Shown: positions 27,101-36,066 of the stretch, one piece after another | Layout of the letters: every line of letters begins with the position of its first letter | Position numbering within the stretch: position 1 is the first letter of the stretch | DNA from: an uncultured virus (IMG/VR IMGVR_UViG_3300035511_000224) | Taxonomy: Duplodnaviria > Heunggongvirae > Uroviricota > Caudoviricetes | Length of the DNA stretch: 64,000 nucleotides | Virus record (IMG/VR): IMGVR_UViG_3300035511_000224 | Strand: one strand, 5' to 3' | The notes under the pieces: generated by a model | The model's database searches: none | Seen by the model: the letters and a program-made list of their open reading frames with translations, nothing else | Told to the model about the DNA's origin: nothing | Position numbers and translations under genes: made by a program

Positions 27101-29578
27101 ATAGAAGCTGCTTATAGTGGTCATTCCTGCGCCTGCCGTTACGCGACATTCGTGGAGTGACTTTGAAATTTCCACGGTAACATCAACGCTGTTAACAGTA
27201 ACATCTACCTTGCGCACGTTCCCTTCTTGGTCCTTTACTGCGATAACGAAGCTACGTGTGCCGGCGCCGTCAAACCAATCGGAGAAGTCAACGGAGAATT
27301 TATAATCTTGCAAAGAAGATGAGCTGCGCTCGTTGGTGAGTGTCTCTGTCTTGAGTGTTACGCCTGTGTTGGCGTCACTCACTGTTATTTCTGCGATGTT
27401 GTTTACAACTTCTTCGTCTCCCATACGTGTCACACTTCGTGCGGCAAAGTTTCCAACAATCGTTCCTCCGGCTGCGCCATATATGGTTTGACTTTCAAAA
27501 CGAACTGCAAATGATGTCGCGTCGGTGCTTCCGCTTCCACTACTAAGCGGAACGGTGATAGCACTACCGATTGCTTTTCGAGCTGCATTTACAGGCTGGT
27601 AAGTTTTTGAATTACCATCTTCACTGAAGCTTTCTTCGAAGTCGACAATAATCCTATCGTAAGCACCTCCTGTACTAAAGGCATCTGTTCCTCCGCTTAC
27701 AGGTGTGCCACTTGTCTCAATGGTTGTTACTCCACCTCCACCAAAATCTTGCCATGCCTCTATGTTATCGGCGCTTGCTTTATCGAGTAGTTGTTTGGTT
27801 TCCCAAGTGTGTTCTGTAGCACTTACACAGTAGGTGATAACAAGGCCATCTTTTAGGTACTCGAGGTCCTTGCTATCTTCAAGTTTACGCAATGCCGCTA
27901 CAGCACTCAGCAAACTGTATTCGCTACTTCCGGTGAGTTCTTTGCATACCTCGTTGATGTTAAGTATGGTCTCCTCTCCGGCACTTTGTCCGGCGATGTC
28001 AAGCCAATTATCAAGGTTAGCACAGCTTTCATTGTCCTCTTTGAGTCCGATGTATTGGAAAGTTCTCCAGCCTTTGCTGCTTGCAGCATACGTTATTTGC
28101 ACGCCGATACTTACTGCTCCATGTGCAATAGCATATTCTATAGCGCTTTGTTTTGTGTCATAAGTGGCAGGGCTGCTAGGTAGCTCGTCACCGTTAGTGA
28201 GTCTGGCTGCTGCCACGTTGTAACAGTTGCCTATTGATGATCCACCAATCTCCTCTAACCGATTATCCTTTACACGATAAAGCGTCGTATCTATACGATA
28301 GATCGTGGATGCATTGGCAGAATTGTCTGAGTTGTATTCTTCTGATGAATAGCCATAAAAGTCGGTGCTACCGAAACTACGGAAATACACACCTCCTTCG
28401 CCGTTATTGCAAAGCCATACGCCACTAGATGGTTCATTACCTTCACCATCCCATTCGCCATCGCAAGGAAGTACCTTGTTGTCTGTCAGCCTTTTCTCTG
28501 TATTTGCTACACGAGCAGTAACCTGGACTAAGTCCGTTTGTATTTGCTTACCTTCATCACCTGGAAATGCCGTGCTTGATGTATATCCAAGAGCAAGGTC
28601 CGTGCCTATGGTAACAAGTTGGCTACCGCTCCAACGATACGTTTTGTTGTTGGATTCGCATACATACACTTTTCCATTGACCGGTATGATGCCACTACTA
28701 TCAGTAGTTCCGAAGGTTTCTGCATCGGACCAATTAGTATAGTAGTTTAACAAGACCTTTAACTCGGATGTTGAATCTGTGTTTGAAGATTGTACAACCA
28801 TAGTCTGTAGCAAAAAACGATTTGCTACATCATCGTACACTACTGCATTGTTCGCCGAAGTAGAACTTTCATCAGATTTCCCTTCTTGCACAGAAACGTC
28901 GCTTACAATAGAATTAAACTCGAGCACATCGTCCACATAGCCTGGCAACTGTGCAGATGGAACCTTACCGGATTCATCAAGAGATGCAATACCGTTAGCC
29001 TCACCTTTTGTGGCTTCAAAGGCCTCAGCTTTATCCATTCGCGTCTCTAATGTGTCAATGTCCTTCGAATTTGTATTAATGGAATTGCCAAGTGTTGTCA
29101 GTTGTGTACCGATACTACTAATATTGTCATCGTGGTCATCAACTCTTTTCGTAAGAGAATTTTGTGCAGTCTGAAGGGCTGTAATTTCTTCGCTCAGGTT
29201 TTCTACCTGTTCGTTGTCAACGACTATTTCATACAACTTGTTGATAGGTTCACACACCCAATCGCCTCCACTTCCTACATACATCCGGAACAGCGCCTTT
29301 CCTTCTTGAACGGTAAGACCTAGTTCCTGAATGTCGGAAGATGAAGCTGATACGCCTGCAAACCATCCATCATGTGGTTGTGGATAAGCTTCTCGAAGTG
29401 CAGAAACAGTGGCGAACAATCCTTTGTTCGCCGACTTTAGATTCTTTGCTTCGAGCCATCCTTCAACCTTTAGGTCATGTGCAATCTTGGCACCACCTTG
29501 GATAGTAACATCACCACCGGTACTGACATTTCGCCCGATGCTGACATCTCCGTCTATCTGTTTTGTTGGTATACTCAT
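21176..29578 (-). CDS. giant tail fibre/adhesin-like DGR target protein, C-terminal CLec-type variable domain
   Basis: 2800 aa; GIASLDESGKVPSAQLP fibre motif, LamG-like and LRR-like segments, VR ending GARLAF. Confidence 0.85.
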   Translation of the reverse strand: MSIPTKQIDGDVSIGRNVSTGGDVTIQGGAKIAHDLKVEGWLEAKNLKSANKGLFATVSALREAYPQPHDGWFAGVSASSSDIQELGLTVQEGKALFRMYVGSGGDWVCEPINKLYEIVVDNEQVENLSEEITALQTAQNSLTKRVDDHDDNISSIGTQLTTLGNSINTNSKDIDTLETRMDKAEAFEATKGEANGIASLDESGKVPSAQLPGYVDDVLEFNSIVSDVSVQEGKSDESSTSANNAVVYDDVANRFLLQTMVVQSSNTDSTSELKVLLNYYTNWSDAETFGTTDSSGIIPVNGKVYVCESNNKTYRWSGSQLVTIGTDLALGYTSSTAFPGDEGKQIQTDLVQVTARVANTEKRLTDNKVLPCDGEWDGEGNEPSSGVWLCNNGEGGVYFRSFGSTDFYGYSSEEYNSDNSANASTIYRIDTTLYRVKDNRLEEIGGSSIGNCYNVAAARLTNGDELPSSPATYDTKQSAIEYAIAHGAVSIGVQITYAASSKGWRTFQYIGLKEDNESCANLDNWLDIAGQSAGEETILNINEVCKELTGSSEYSLLSAVAALRKLEDSKDLEYLKDGLVITYCVSATEHTWETKQLLDKASADNIEAWQDFGGGGVTTIETSGTPVSGGTDAFSTGGAYDRIIVDFEESFSEDGNSKTYQPVNAARKAIGSAITVPLSSGSGSTDATSFAVRFESQTIYGAAGGTIVGNFAARSVTRMGDEEVVNNIAEITVSDANTGVTLKTETLTNERSSSSLQDYKFSVDFSDWFDGAGTRSFVIAVKDQEGNVRKVDVTVNSVDVTVEISKSLHECRVTAGAGMTTISSFYIFPRNTLGGNGGGIDAIIEILWDGEWKELGSANVQKTFSQDISINPTNVLGNGETMTHGSYLLRIHGYAPNAKVTGNYVYTSIMCVDSSKSTEPIVAIRYDAAKYDDHLQGTVSLYDVVNLQIAAYTEASVSGNTEVTITANDETIQTFNAASSSTYSVKYQIQGYTDGETIAFIATGKYTLNGTVHQSTSPTINVTVDGSAIDVTLKSGAAFGYDFALRTNSDIDKTISDNGVTMSVNGANWRTNGFVTYLGENCLRIAENMTTEIPYRPMSLSTAESAGLAIQFAFATNNIKDKDAMLMHCYDAATGTGFYVKGNVAGIYCSKGVKHQLQERKFRCGEKITMAVVVEPSSRAYTRSNEKYATIKMYLNGEEVACLGYIPGQNAISQNKPISFDGTDGDFYLYYIMAYESHYEWAQAFSNYLAKLTDVTAMMEEYDSEDVLDNLNRPSLDKLKAKNMPYYVIVAAQSVFDEFDSDTDTSAKFNCQLYYFNPEYPELNFYATNVQWRRQGTTSAKRPIKNDRFYLNKQIDKKNPLPQVVTLLNPNDGTALGRKAIALAAKNYVLVQPEGIPVQIITVKVDYSDSSNANDCGVCDMMNNTFRAMGSDYQTPAQRAYDGTFTVGETVIEGCKMDHSTKNHPIAVFRSTSDTLTDAWFHAKGNWKEDKGEQVALGFKDTPGYNKGCLNYGDFVEYFGNEGETLAEIEARFLADTTTSQSSIYLISQYCGRDYAFYRYTNGTWTRSTGSMKQVNGKWVITGDVLNPVTGFELLSYQGFCWWKGVSGVDEMMKMEAGMSSWVQKLVKAGSVSASTFPKWTQFFECMIDDDQLQIDLAYGRKVPYDLYRMLKFCNDCDMISPLDDNENRWEIVEDSAKKKNWQENLWQYASPQSLYAYTLFTDYLAATDQRAKNMQPMWFLEDGESVTNGVYSTDHALRMYLNKVYDCDTCNGKDNDGGCTVDAEADPNRMTDDEYTNPYAGYGSILFNNVAIVPTVYLDATHSANKQLTLTTVAAAMRTSKTSVDGTDMVPFSPEGASYFFVEKRLKFWKKLISSYDGERKYIESVGSSDDIYFYALQGLGLTALPQFIEQRWRIRDGYYQTGQFFSGVLSGRTSCASSSARIRIKAAMTGYFGIGHDSSGQLDEVVFLEAGEEHYFTEFSHTEAALMYIYQADRLSEIDLSEISLDSSFNFQVMTLAEKIIIGSDTHKDVTIGSYIAISSLPLGSLPFLQELDVRNTTVKSIDASSCPRIESIKASGTPLQNCTVAETSPISELELPGTMTELSLVNLPNLTYPGGLSIAGFGSVTKLMVSGCSNVDAITMIKNIVAEAGGLQCIGLRDVNITASVEVLRSLKATNAYGLDENGNDITSDKTSEGKGKQCSGLTGRWILSELISEEDENGVAGLNSLQAYFPALDLYNSQFSIVRCDDTVDAPGEKWGNLDNLTGALYNAAYKSSGHPVRIFENTWACRADYNAKLQRLELRRLSRANFNYMYDGSEIDLTDVAGSGYDIMHILGHGWYKGVNDFKNQNKYYVWSSCDDEPLSSANVRKIHTLSDLLYSESQGVYIDENTEIGVSISDLLGQGSNVNVYRVDVDGMKQVRWPGMNNTTMGCAFTDDEGVVVKTFQMAVSNTNFDFTLGSYIFESVPTGAKWFFFTTFKGLDSSEVHVVDSDSIEAIEPEWTEIKSPKGLNEQIEDGSAIGTYPITIDGLGMPRSISGSVKSKKGTGTSVVNVNWQYDEDGTATELPSGTINYCMKDFQNLARLRGKGYQLQDYEQHKETAILWWCLNGNSDEQSIVGRGVHDGTLNSADSIGMADTSSSANVWNSILGIKGYVGCDSEWLDYIALNVTSYKDFFKNKGSEVSTFSIDGVAHIMDPITKEERTVQCLTSGSGNDIVRLVHGAKCDILPSRTVSDTSQYIVGFCAGYWYAASRGRAFLRSGYGSNASSGLAYANAGYAVSVSYSSYGARLAFRGRMIVLS
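21202..21322 (-). repeat. DGR variable repeat (VR)
   Basis: 17 mismatches to TR, all at TR adenines; encodes RGRAFLRSGYGSNASSGLAYANAGYAVSVSYSSYGARLAF. Confidence 0.95.
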
Positions 29579-30210
29579 TGTAATAAAGTTTTAGATATAT
29601 CGGATAGTGCCGATGATTTATCGGACGCTCCCAACGTTATAAATACTAACGACGCTGCGGTATATACTACTGCCATATAACAACGTTCGCAAATATCGAC
29701 ACCCTCATTCTCGTCAATCGTAGGATAGGGGAGATACTGCGCTCGTCTTACATAGGCATCTTCGCTCTTGCATGAGTAGAACTCAAGCACTTTTCCTTCC
29801 GGTCGCACAGCTATTGCGCAGACTGGTTTCTGAGCGGTACCACGTAGCGCCTTTACTCTTTGCCTTTGTAGATCATATTCGGAATCCGTTGTGCTGATGG
29901 CTGCATACACCGGACGCTCCCAATCGCTCATTTCAAAAACGATTAGTCGCATAAAATCATTCGGCAATATTGTCCATCCGCTCTCCTGGTCTCCCCAATA
30001 GATTGCATCTCCAAAATTATGGCCCTGCTCCAATAGATATACCGGAGCTTGAATGTGTACCAGTCGTACAGCCTCTAATATTTTACTCTTCACTATCTCA
30101 TCAAGCGAGAGCGTATCAATATCATCGGTGGCAAGCAACTGTTCACTGGACATATTTTGGTCAAGGCATACGCGCACATCGCGCATTATATCGTAGATGT
30201 TATATACCAT
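29575..30210 (-). CDS. virion structural protein (connector/tail-tubular-like)
   Basis: 211 aa between capsid and fibre genes, ATGA-coupled; function by position. Confidence 0.55.
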   Translation of the reverse strand: MVYNIYDIMRDVRVCLDQNMSSEQLLATDDIDTLSLDEIVKSKILEAVRLVHIQAPVYLLEQGHNFGDAIYWGDQESGWTILPNDFMRLIVFEMSDWERPVYAAISTTDSEYDLQRQRVKALRGTAQKPVCAIAVRPEGKVLEFYSCKSEDAYVRRAQYLPYPTIDENEGVDICERCYMAVVYTAASLVFITLGASDKSSALSDISKTLLQ

Positions 30211-30221
30211 AGCGCCTAAGT

Positions 30222-30875
30222 TTATTCGGTCTCTTCACTCTCGGTTGCTTCTTCTTCCTCAGATGTGCCAGTTGATACAAAGCCTGCTCCTACGAACTCT
30301 ACGCCATGCTCACTTGCGGCTTGCTGCGCTGCGGCTCTTGTGCGTACTTTGTAAGAACTAATGCCGTAGTTCTGTTGTAAATAGTCCTGGGCGTCTTGCA
30401 GGCATGTTACTTCTACTTTCAACAAACCGTTCGACTCGGATTCTACGCTGTCCTCGGTAGTGGTCTCGGCTTCCTCGGTGGGCGTTTCCTCGGTCTCGGT
30501 CGGCTCGGTTGTTTCGGGAGCCACTGTAGGTGTAGGTGTTTCAACCGTGGTCTCTTCCTTTGCGGTTGCCTCAACTTTGGTAGTGGTCTGCGCTGCGGCT
30601 TTAGCCTTGGTTGGCTTTGCTGCTGTCTTTGTGATTGCCGGCTTTGTGTCTGCAATCTCAACGGATTTGAGCAACGTGATACGACCTTCTTTGAAATATT
30701 GGCTCTGCTCAATCACAGTCTGGATGAACTTGTTTGATGTCGTGTACTCGGCGGGAGTGACTCCATACACTGATAACGTGCCTCCTGTAAAATGTACTTT
30801 TACAGTTGCGGAACCTGCTCTAATTTGCGCTACCCAATCCATATAGTTAGGTGCACCATAAGTTTTATTAAACAT
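30222..30875 (-). CDS. hypothetical protein with T/E/A-rich linker
   Basis: 217 aa, two small domains joined by a low-complexity linker. Confidence 0.65.
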   Translation of the reverse strand: MFNKTYGAPNYMDWVAQIRAGSATVKVHFTGGTLSVYGVTPAEYTTSNKFIQTVIEQSQYFKEGRITLLKSVEIADTKPAITKTAAKPTKAKAAAQTTTKVEATAKEETTVETPTPTVAPETTEPTETEETPTEEAETTTEDSVESESNGLLKVEVTCLQDAQDYLQQNYGISSYKVRTRAAAQQAASEHGVEFVGAGFVSTGTSEEEEATESEETE

Positions 30876-30904
30876 GTTATTCGTATTTATTGGTTACTAA
30901 TAAA

Positions 30905-30946
30905 AAAAGTGGAGAAAGAGGGCGTTGGCCCTCCTCCGCCACTTTT
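30905..30946 (-). terminator. terminator after major capsid gene
   Basis: AAAAGTGG...GAGGGC/GCCCTC...CCACTTTT imperfect stem, T-run on the minus strand. Confidence 0.65.
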
Positions 30947-30968
30947 CAGTTTACTTGATTATCAGAAA

Positions 30969-32498
30969 TTAATCCGCGTCAATCTCACCGGTGAACTCTA
31001 CCCAACCGGTAGCCTCACCCTTGTATTGCCACATCTGTCCGTTCTGTGCCGAAGCATTGATGCCCGGACAATCAACCGTCAACAAATATACGCGGCCTTC
31101 TACAAGGTCATCACCTTCGGGAGCGTCCTCGCTATCCCAAATGGTATAGGTGGTAGAACCTGCATTAGCATTTTCGCCTTCACCATCAATCCAAATATGA
31201 CATGCACCCTTAAGTGCCAAGCCATCCCAAACGACGATACCTTTACGCGTTGCCTCTTCACCTTCAACACGGTCGTTGAACTCATGCTGTTGTGAATAGG
31301 TGTAGTGTACCAAGCGATCTTCACCAAGAAGAGCACCACTATTGCTCCAACCAAGAGTGTCAAGAGTCGGCTCACGCTTGATGTCGATGTCACCAAATAC
31401 AGTATGAATGCTTGTAACACTCCAACCGATAGGGTTCTCTCTAGTGTTAATTTGAATCTCCGGATGCTTCGAGTAGTCGATGCACTGCAAATCCTCCAAG
31501 AGGTTCTTACCTGAAAGGAGAATGGCCGTCTTAGGTACATCCTCGCCTGTGAAGAACATCTTAGCCAATGCGATGAGTTTCTCAATGGTCCACTTGCCGG
31601 TGTGCTGCAATTCGCGTTTGAACTGCCAACGAATACCCTCAGTGAAATATACCATCTGCTCACCGAGCTTGGGTACTTTTACAGGGAACTTTCCACGATG
31701 ACCGGCCCACAAGGTACGGTTGCTTGCTCGTTTAAAGTTCAGAATTGCCTGCTCTGCAATAAGGCTCTGCGTGAACGGAATGTGCTTCTTCTGCGCTTCA
31801 AAGTAGTCTGATACGACTTGATTCATACCACGTTTCTGCAAATACACGATAGAAGGACGAGGTACAATCAAATCGGGGTCAACTTCTTTTTGGGTCTCAT
31901 ACATAGCATTCGCCAAGAGCTTTACCTTACTTCCTGCCGGAATGGCTGGTGTGGTACAGAAGGTATCATCTTTAGTCGCTTTAGGACCATTCACGGCTCT
32001 TACTACCGGGTTGTTGGTGGTGGTATCACGACCTGTAACAAAGAGCATAAGACTCTTACCAGGTGTTACGGTTTGTCCGTCGGCACTGTATCCATCAACG
32101 TCGGGTACTAAAAGGGTGTGGAAATCACGAGGAATGTCCTGGTCGTTGGCGTTGAGCGGAAGAATAAACTGTGCGGAGTTACCTTTAGTAACTGCCGTGT
32201 TAGTGGTAAGTGTTGCGCGCTGCTCGTCAATCATAAAGTGCTCTACTTCGGGAGAGTTGACTTTAACTTTCTTCGCCTTTAACATCAATGACATCAACGC
32301 TGTGTCCTCACTTTGGAAGCGAAAGAGCTCAGCGTCAATGTCGGTCTCAATAAATTTACCAGGTCCAACTCCACCTGTTGCGCCTGCTGCGTTGCTCACA
32401 GTTGTGGCTTGCCCCGGTGCTTGTGATTGAACTCCGGCTGTGCCGGGTGAGGTAGGAACGGCTGCTCCTGTACCTACTTGAATGTTTTCTTCTGCCAT
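30969..32498 (-). CDS. major capsid protein
   Basis: 509 aa after the scaffold, followed by a terminator; layout consistent with HK97-fold MCP (inferred). Confidence 0.75.
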   Translation of the reverse strand: MAEENIQVGTGAAVPTSPGTAGVQSQAPGQATTVSNAAGATGGVGPGKFIETDIDAELFRFQSEDTALMSLMLKAKKVKVNSPEVEHFMIDEQRATLTTNTAVTKGNSAQFILPLNANDQDIPRDFHTLLVPDVDGYSADGQTVTPGKSLMLFVTGRDTTTNNPVVRAVNGPKATKDDTFCTTPAIPAGSKVKLLANAMYETQKEVDPDLIVPRPSIVYLQKRGMNQVVSDYFEAQKKHIPFTQSLIAEQAILNFKRASNRTLWAGHRGKFPVKVPKLGEQMVYFTEGIRWQFKRELQHTGKWTIEKLIALAKMFFTGEDVPKTAILLSGKNLLEDLQCIDYSKHPEIQINTRENPIGWSVTSIHTVFGDIDIKREPTLDTLGWSNSGALLGEDRLVHYTYSQQHEFNDRVEGEEATRKGIVVWDGLALKGACHIWIDGEGENANAGSTTYTIWDSEDAPEGDDLVEGRVYLLTVDCPGINASAQNGQMWQYKGEATGWVEFTGEIDAD

Positions 32499-32675
32499 AG
32501 TTTTCTTTTGTTACTGTTAATTATTTATCTGTTTTTACCATGTTGCCCGGTGCAATGCCTCCGGTGGCAGATGATAGATTACCTACCGTCGTTGCGCATC
32601 CCGGTAGTTGACTATTCAAACCTGCACTACCTTTGGTCGGTCGCAATGGCTTTTCTACAAATTTGATATGCTCTT

Positions 32676-33416
32676 TCATCGCGCTTCGTCTGCAATATCG
32701 AAAATACTTCCTTTGCTTCTCTGCGGCGCCGGAGCATTGTTGGACCCTGACAATTTTGGAACACCGTCGCTTCTGGTTGGCTTACGCAATGAGGCTTCGG
32801 CTCTAGCGTTCTTTCCTCGGATCTCTCCTTCTGCACTCGCCTGTTCCATGTCGGCGTCATGATTGATGGCCTTCAATGCCATGTCGATGGTCTCCGGTTT
32901 GATGATACCGATAACAGCATCATTCGTAACTTCTTTAATCCAATCCGCTGCTGCATCTACCTGCTCATCAGTCAGTCCGAGTTCTTTCTGTTTCTGTTCG
33001 AGCATCTGAAGAGTAGTCTGCATATTTTTCTTCCACTCTTCTTCAAGACCTTTCTGCTTCGCCATGCGGTCCACATATTCCTTGTTGCTTGCAGCAAACT
33101 TATCCAAATTGGAAGGATCTTCAAGAAGTTCCTTAACACCGTCGATGCCGATGCGATTAATCAGACTGACCCAAGGGTCTTTTCCTTGTGCCATGTCTGT
33201 AATGAACTGTGCACTGTTCGGGTCTTTATTGAACATGTCAACCAGCTTACCCTCGCGCTCTGCGTAGCCGTTAAGCTTATTGTCATATTCATCATAATCG
33301 TCATTGATTTGACCGAATAAGGCCTCATCATCGGCGTACTCCTTTCCCGGATATTTCTTTTTTAAACGTTCCCCAAATTGGTCGCGCTTACTCTTAACTT
33401 GCTTATCCTCAGCCAT
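32676..33416 (-). CDS. capsid scaffolding protein
   Basis: acidic helical 246-aa protein immediately upstream of MCP. Confidence 0.65.
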   Translation of the reverse strand: MAEDKQVKSKRDQFGERLKKKYPGKEYADDEALFGQINDDYDEYDNKLNGYAEREGKLVDMFNKDPNSAQFITDMAQGKDPWVSLINRIGIDGVKELLEDPSNLDKFAASNKEYVDRMAKQKGLEEEWKKNMQTTLQMLEQKQKELGLTDEQVDAAADWIKEVTNDAVIGIIKPETIDMALKAINHDADMEQASAEGEIRGKNARAEASLRKPTRSDGVPKLSGSNNAPAPQRSKGSIFDIADEAR

Positions 33417-33453
33417 AATCGTTATATATTTTATTGAATACTTATTATATCAG

Positions 33454-33496
33454 CAAAGTTACGTTCACAGTCACCCTCTTCATCTTTATCTTTTGA
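33454..33496 (-). promoter_or_regulatory. late-type promoter of scaffold/capsid operon
   Basis: TCAAAAGATAAAGA-N21-TAACTTTG. Confidence 0.75.
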
Positions 33497-33548
33497 CTTA
33501 ATAGTTGTTATCTTTACAAGTAGAATAAAACCTTAAAAGTGCAATACA

Positions 33549-33971
33549 ATGAAGTCTTTCGGATCAATTTTAGCTTTTACACGTGAACGTAATGCTGCAC
33601 TACTTAAAGCTTACCGAAACTGTGTATCTCAAGCATGTTACATTCGCCTCGATGAAATAGGCGATAAAATCGTTAATTCTCCGGCACCTCGCTTTTGGGT
33701 TTCTGAAGAACGTGCTGCTGCGGTTGTTTCTGCTATCATGAGGGGAAAGCCGGTGCTAGACACTATGAGACCTTCCAAACGTGAGATGTTCCAGGAGATT
33801 CATCGTCGTGTTGTCGCGCTTCGTGAGCAACATCCTGATTGGCATTTGTCTGAACTGGTCTACGAAGTCGTTAACTCCCCTGCGCCAAAGTTCTACATGG
33901 AGGCTTCATCCGCACTTGAAAGACTTTTCAAGATTCGTAACGGATTCTATAATAATGGGAAGAAGTGTTAG
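33549..33971 (+). CDS. hypothetical protein with internal duplication (possible DNA-binding protein)
   Basis: IVNSPAPRFWVSEERA / VVNSPAPKFYMEASSA repeat; overlaps terL start. Confidence 0.65.
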   Translation: MKSFGSILAFTRERNAALLKAYRNCVSQACYIRLDEIGDKIVNSPAPRFWVSEERAAAVVSAIMRGKPVLDTMRPSKREMFQEIHRRVVALREQHPDWHLSELVYEVVNSPAPKFYMEASSALERLFKIRNGFYNNGKKC

Positions 33972-36066
33972 TGATATAATAGCCGAGAATGACAAACGAT
34001 GCGATAATATGTTTTCCCGATTCAACCCTATTACAGGGGAGGGGTCGGTAGGAGAGCGTATTCTTGTATCTCTTCCTGATTTTCCTATCAACAAGATGTG
34101 GCTGCCAAAATCCATGATGGATAATTCCTTTATCAAGGAGCTTATTAGCAATGAAGGTGTGGACGGTCTGTTGCGCTCCATGGGCGTTGAGCATCCGGAG
34201 GCCGAGGATAGGGAAGCTGTCTTAGACCGCTATGTTCGTCTCCGTTCCCTTCATGATTTTCCATTCTGGGCTGCAACCTTCGTGTACATCAAAAACAAAG
34301 AGGTGGGTCAGCCTGACTGCCTTTTTCGATTATCATATCCTCAACGTCGTTTCGTAGCGATGCTTGAATCCATGCGCTTGGCCAATCAGCCTATTCGCAT
34401 TATATTGCTCAAAGCACGTCAGTGGGGTGGCTCTACAACTTCTCAACTGTATATGGCTTGGCTACAACTGGTTCATCGTACTGGTCTTAACTCTCTTATT
34501 GTATCCAACTTCAATAAAGGTTCTGAGACTATCAAAGGAATGTTTAAACGTATGATTGATGCATATCCGGTCTCCATGCTCCATGAAGTGGGGGAGGTTT
34601 ATTCCGAAAATGAAGATAAGCTCGTGGGCGTTGGTCGTTCCGGTCTTACTCAGCTTGTACCGCAACGTAATGCTACAATCTCCATCGGTTCCGCCGAGTC
34701 TCCGGACTCCTGTCGTGGTGGCGACTATGCGTTGGTACACCTTTCTGAGGTAGGACTGTGGAAAGCTACAGACGGAAAGAGGCCCGAGGATATTGTCCGC
34801 TCTGCCTGCTCCGGTGTGTTGTATCGGCCATATACGATGATTGTCTATGAATCAACAGCTAATGGCGTTGGTAATTTCTTCCACAATGAATATGTAGCGG
34901 CGAAAGATCCGAACGTGAAATCGCAGTTTTCTCCGCTCTTTATATCGTGGTTTGATATAGAACTCTATCAGCTACCTTTCTCTTCAAATGAAGAAATGAA
35001 GACCTTTGCAAAAGGGCTCTACACGAATCGTAATAATACTTTTGCACCATCCGACCGTGAGGAGTCCGGTAAATACTTGTGGTGGCTGTGGCAAATTGGA
35101 GCTACGCTGCAAGGTATTCATTGGTATGTGGAAGAACGTGCAAAGTATCACGATCATGGTTCTATGGCTTCTGAGTATCCGTCAGACGATATTGAGGCTT
35201 TTGTAAATTCAGGCTCTGCCGTGTTCGACAAATATGCTGTTGAGGCTCTTCGTCCTACCACGAAACAACCTCGTTATGTTGGGGATGTTTATGCCTATGG
35301 TGATGAGGGTGAAGATGCTTTACGTGAGCTTCGCTTCAAGGAAGATTCACAAGGTCTGCTCAATGTATGGAACCTGCCAGACGTGCATAACCCTAACGAC
35401 ACTGAGGAAGTGACTGACCGCTATCTTACGGTTGTCGATGTCGGTGGACGTTCTCACACTGCCGACTGGTCTGTTATTGTGGTATTTGACCGATTGCTCC
35501 AGATGGGCGGCGGAAAGCCTGCTGTCGTTGCTCAATGGTATGGTCATATAGATATGGACTTGCTTGCCTGGAAAGCTGCTCAGATTGCAGCCTTCTACGA
35601 CAATTCCCTTCTCGTTATCGAGTCTAATACACTCGAGACGCACGATCGTGAACGCGATGTGGATGGTGACCAGTCGGCGGCAATCCTCAACCAAATCAAA
35701 GATATTTATCCAAACCTGTATGCACGTAAGCAGTCGGAGGATGCCATTATACAAGGGCTTCCTATACGATATGGTTTCCATACGAACGTGGCCACCAAAC
35801 CGATGATTATCTCAACACTTGTTAAGGTGATACGTGAAGGACTTTACATCGAACGTGATAAGCGATGCATTGATGAGTATTTGAATTACGAGAAGAAGCC
35901 TAACGGCTCTTTTGGAGCTAAAGTCGGTACACATGATGACCTTCTTATGACTCGTGCCATCGGTTTGCATATCAGCTTCTACGAAATGCAACTGCCGCAG
36001 ATCGTAACCTGCGGCAGTCAGTCTATTTCTTATAATCGTAAAGTAGTCTCTGCGGCTTCTTTTTAA
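33955..36066 (+). CDS. terL: terminase large subunit
   Basis: LKARQWGGST, HLSEV, YESTANG ATPase motifs; VDVGG and HDDLLM nuclease motifs. Confidence 0.9.
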   Translation: MGRSVSDIIAENDKRCDNMFSRFNPITGEGSVGERILVSLPDFPINKMWLPKSMMDNSFIKELISNEGVDGLLRSMGVEHPEAEDREAVLDRYVRLRSLHDFPFWAATFVYIKNKEVGQPDCLFRLSYPQRRFVAMLESMRLANQPIRIILLKARQWGGSTTSQLYMAWLQLVHRTGLNSLIVSNFNKGSETIKGMFKRMIDAYPVSMLHEVGEVYSENEDKLVGVGRSGLTQLVPQRNATISIGSAESPDSCRGGDYALVHLSEVGLWKATDGKRPEDIVRSACSGVLYRPYTMIVYESTANGVGNFFHNEYVAAKDPNVKSQFSPLFISWFDIELYQLPFSSNEEMKTFAKGLYTNRNNTFAPSDREESGKYLWWLWQIGATLQGIHWYVEERAKYHDHGSMASEYPSDDIEAFVNSGSAVFDKYAVEALRPTTKQPRYVGDVYAYGDEGEDALRELRFKEDSQGLLNVWNLPDVHNPNDTEEVTDRYLTVVDVGGRSHTADWSVIVVFDRLLQMGGGKPAVVAQWYGHIDMDLLAWKAAQIAAFYDNSLLVIESNTLETHDRERDVDGDQSAAILNQIKDIYPNLYARKQSEDAIIQGLPIRYGFHTNVATKPMIISTLVKVIREGLYIERDKRCIDEYLNYEKKPNGSFGAKVGTHDDLLMTRAIGLHISFYEMQLPQIVTCGSQSISYNRKVVSAASF

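Noticed and set aside
36063..36066. terL and portal converge on a shared TTAA with overlapping stop codons
   Set aside because: Real, but a common compact-genome arrangement with no further signal
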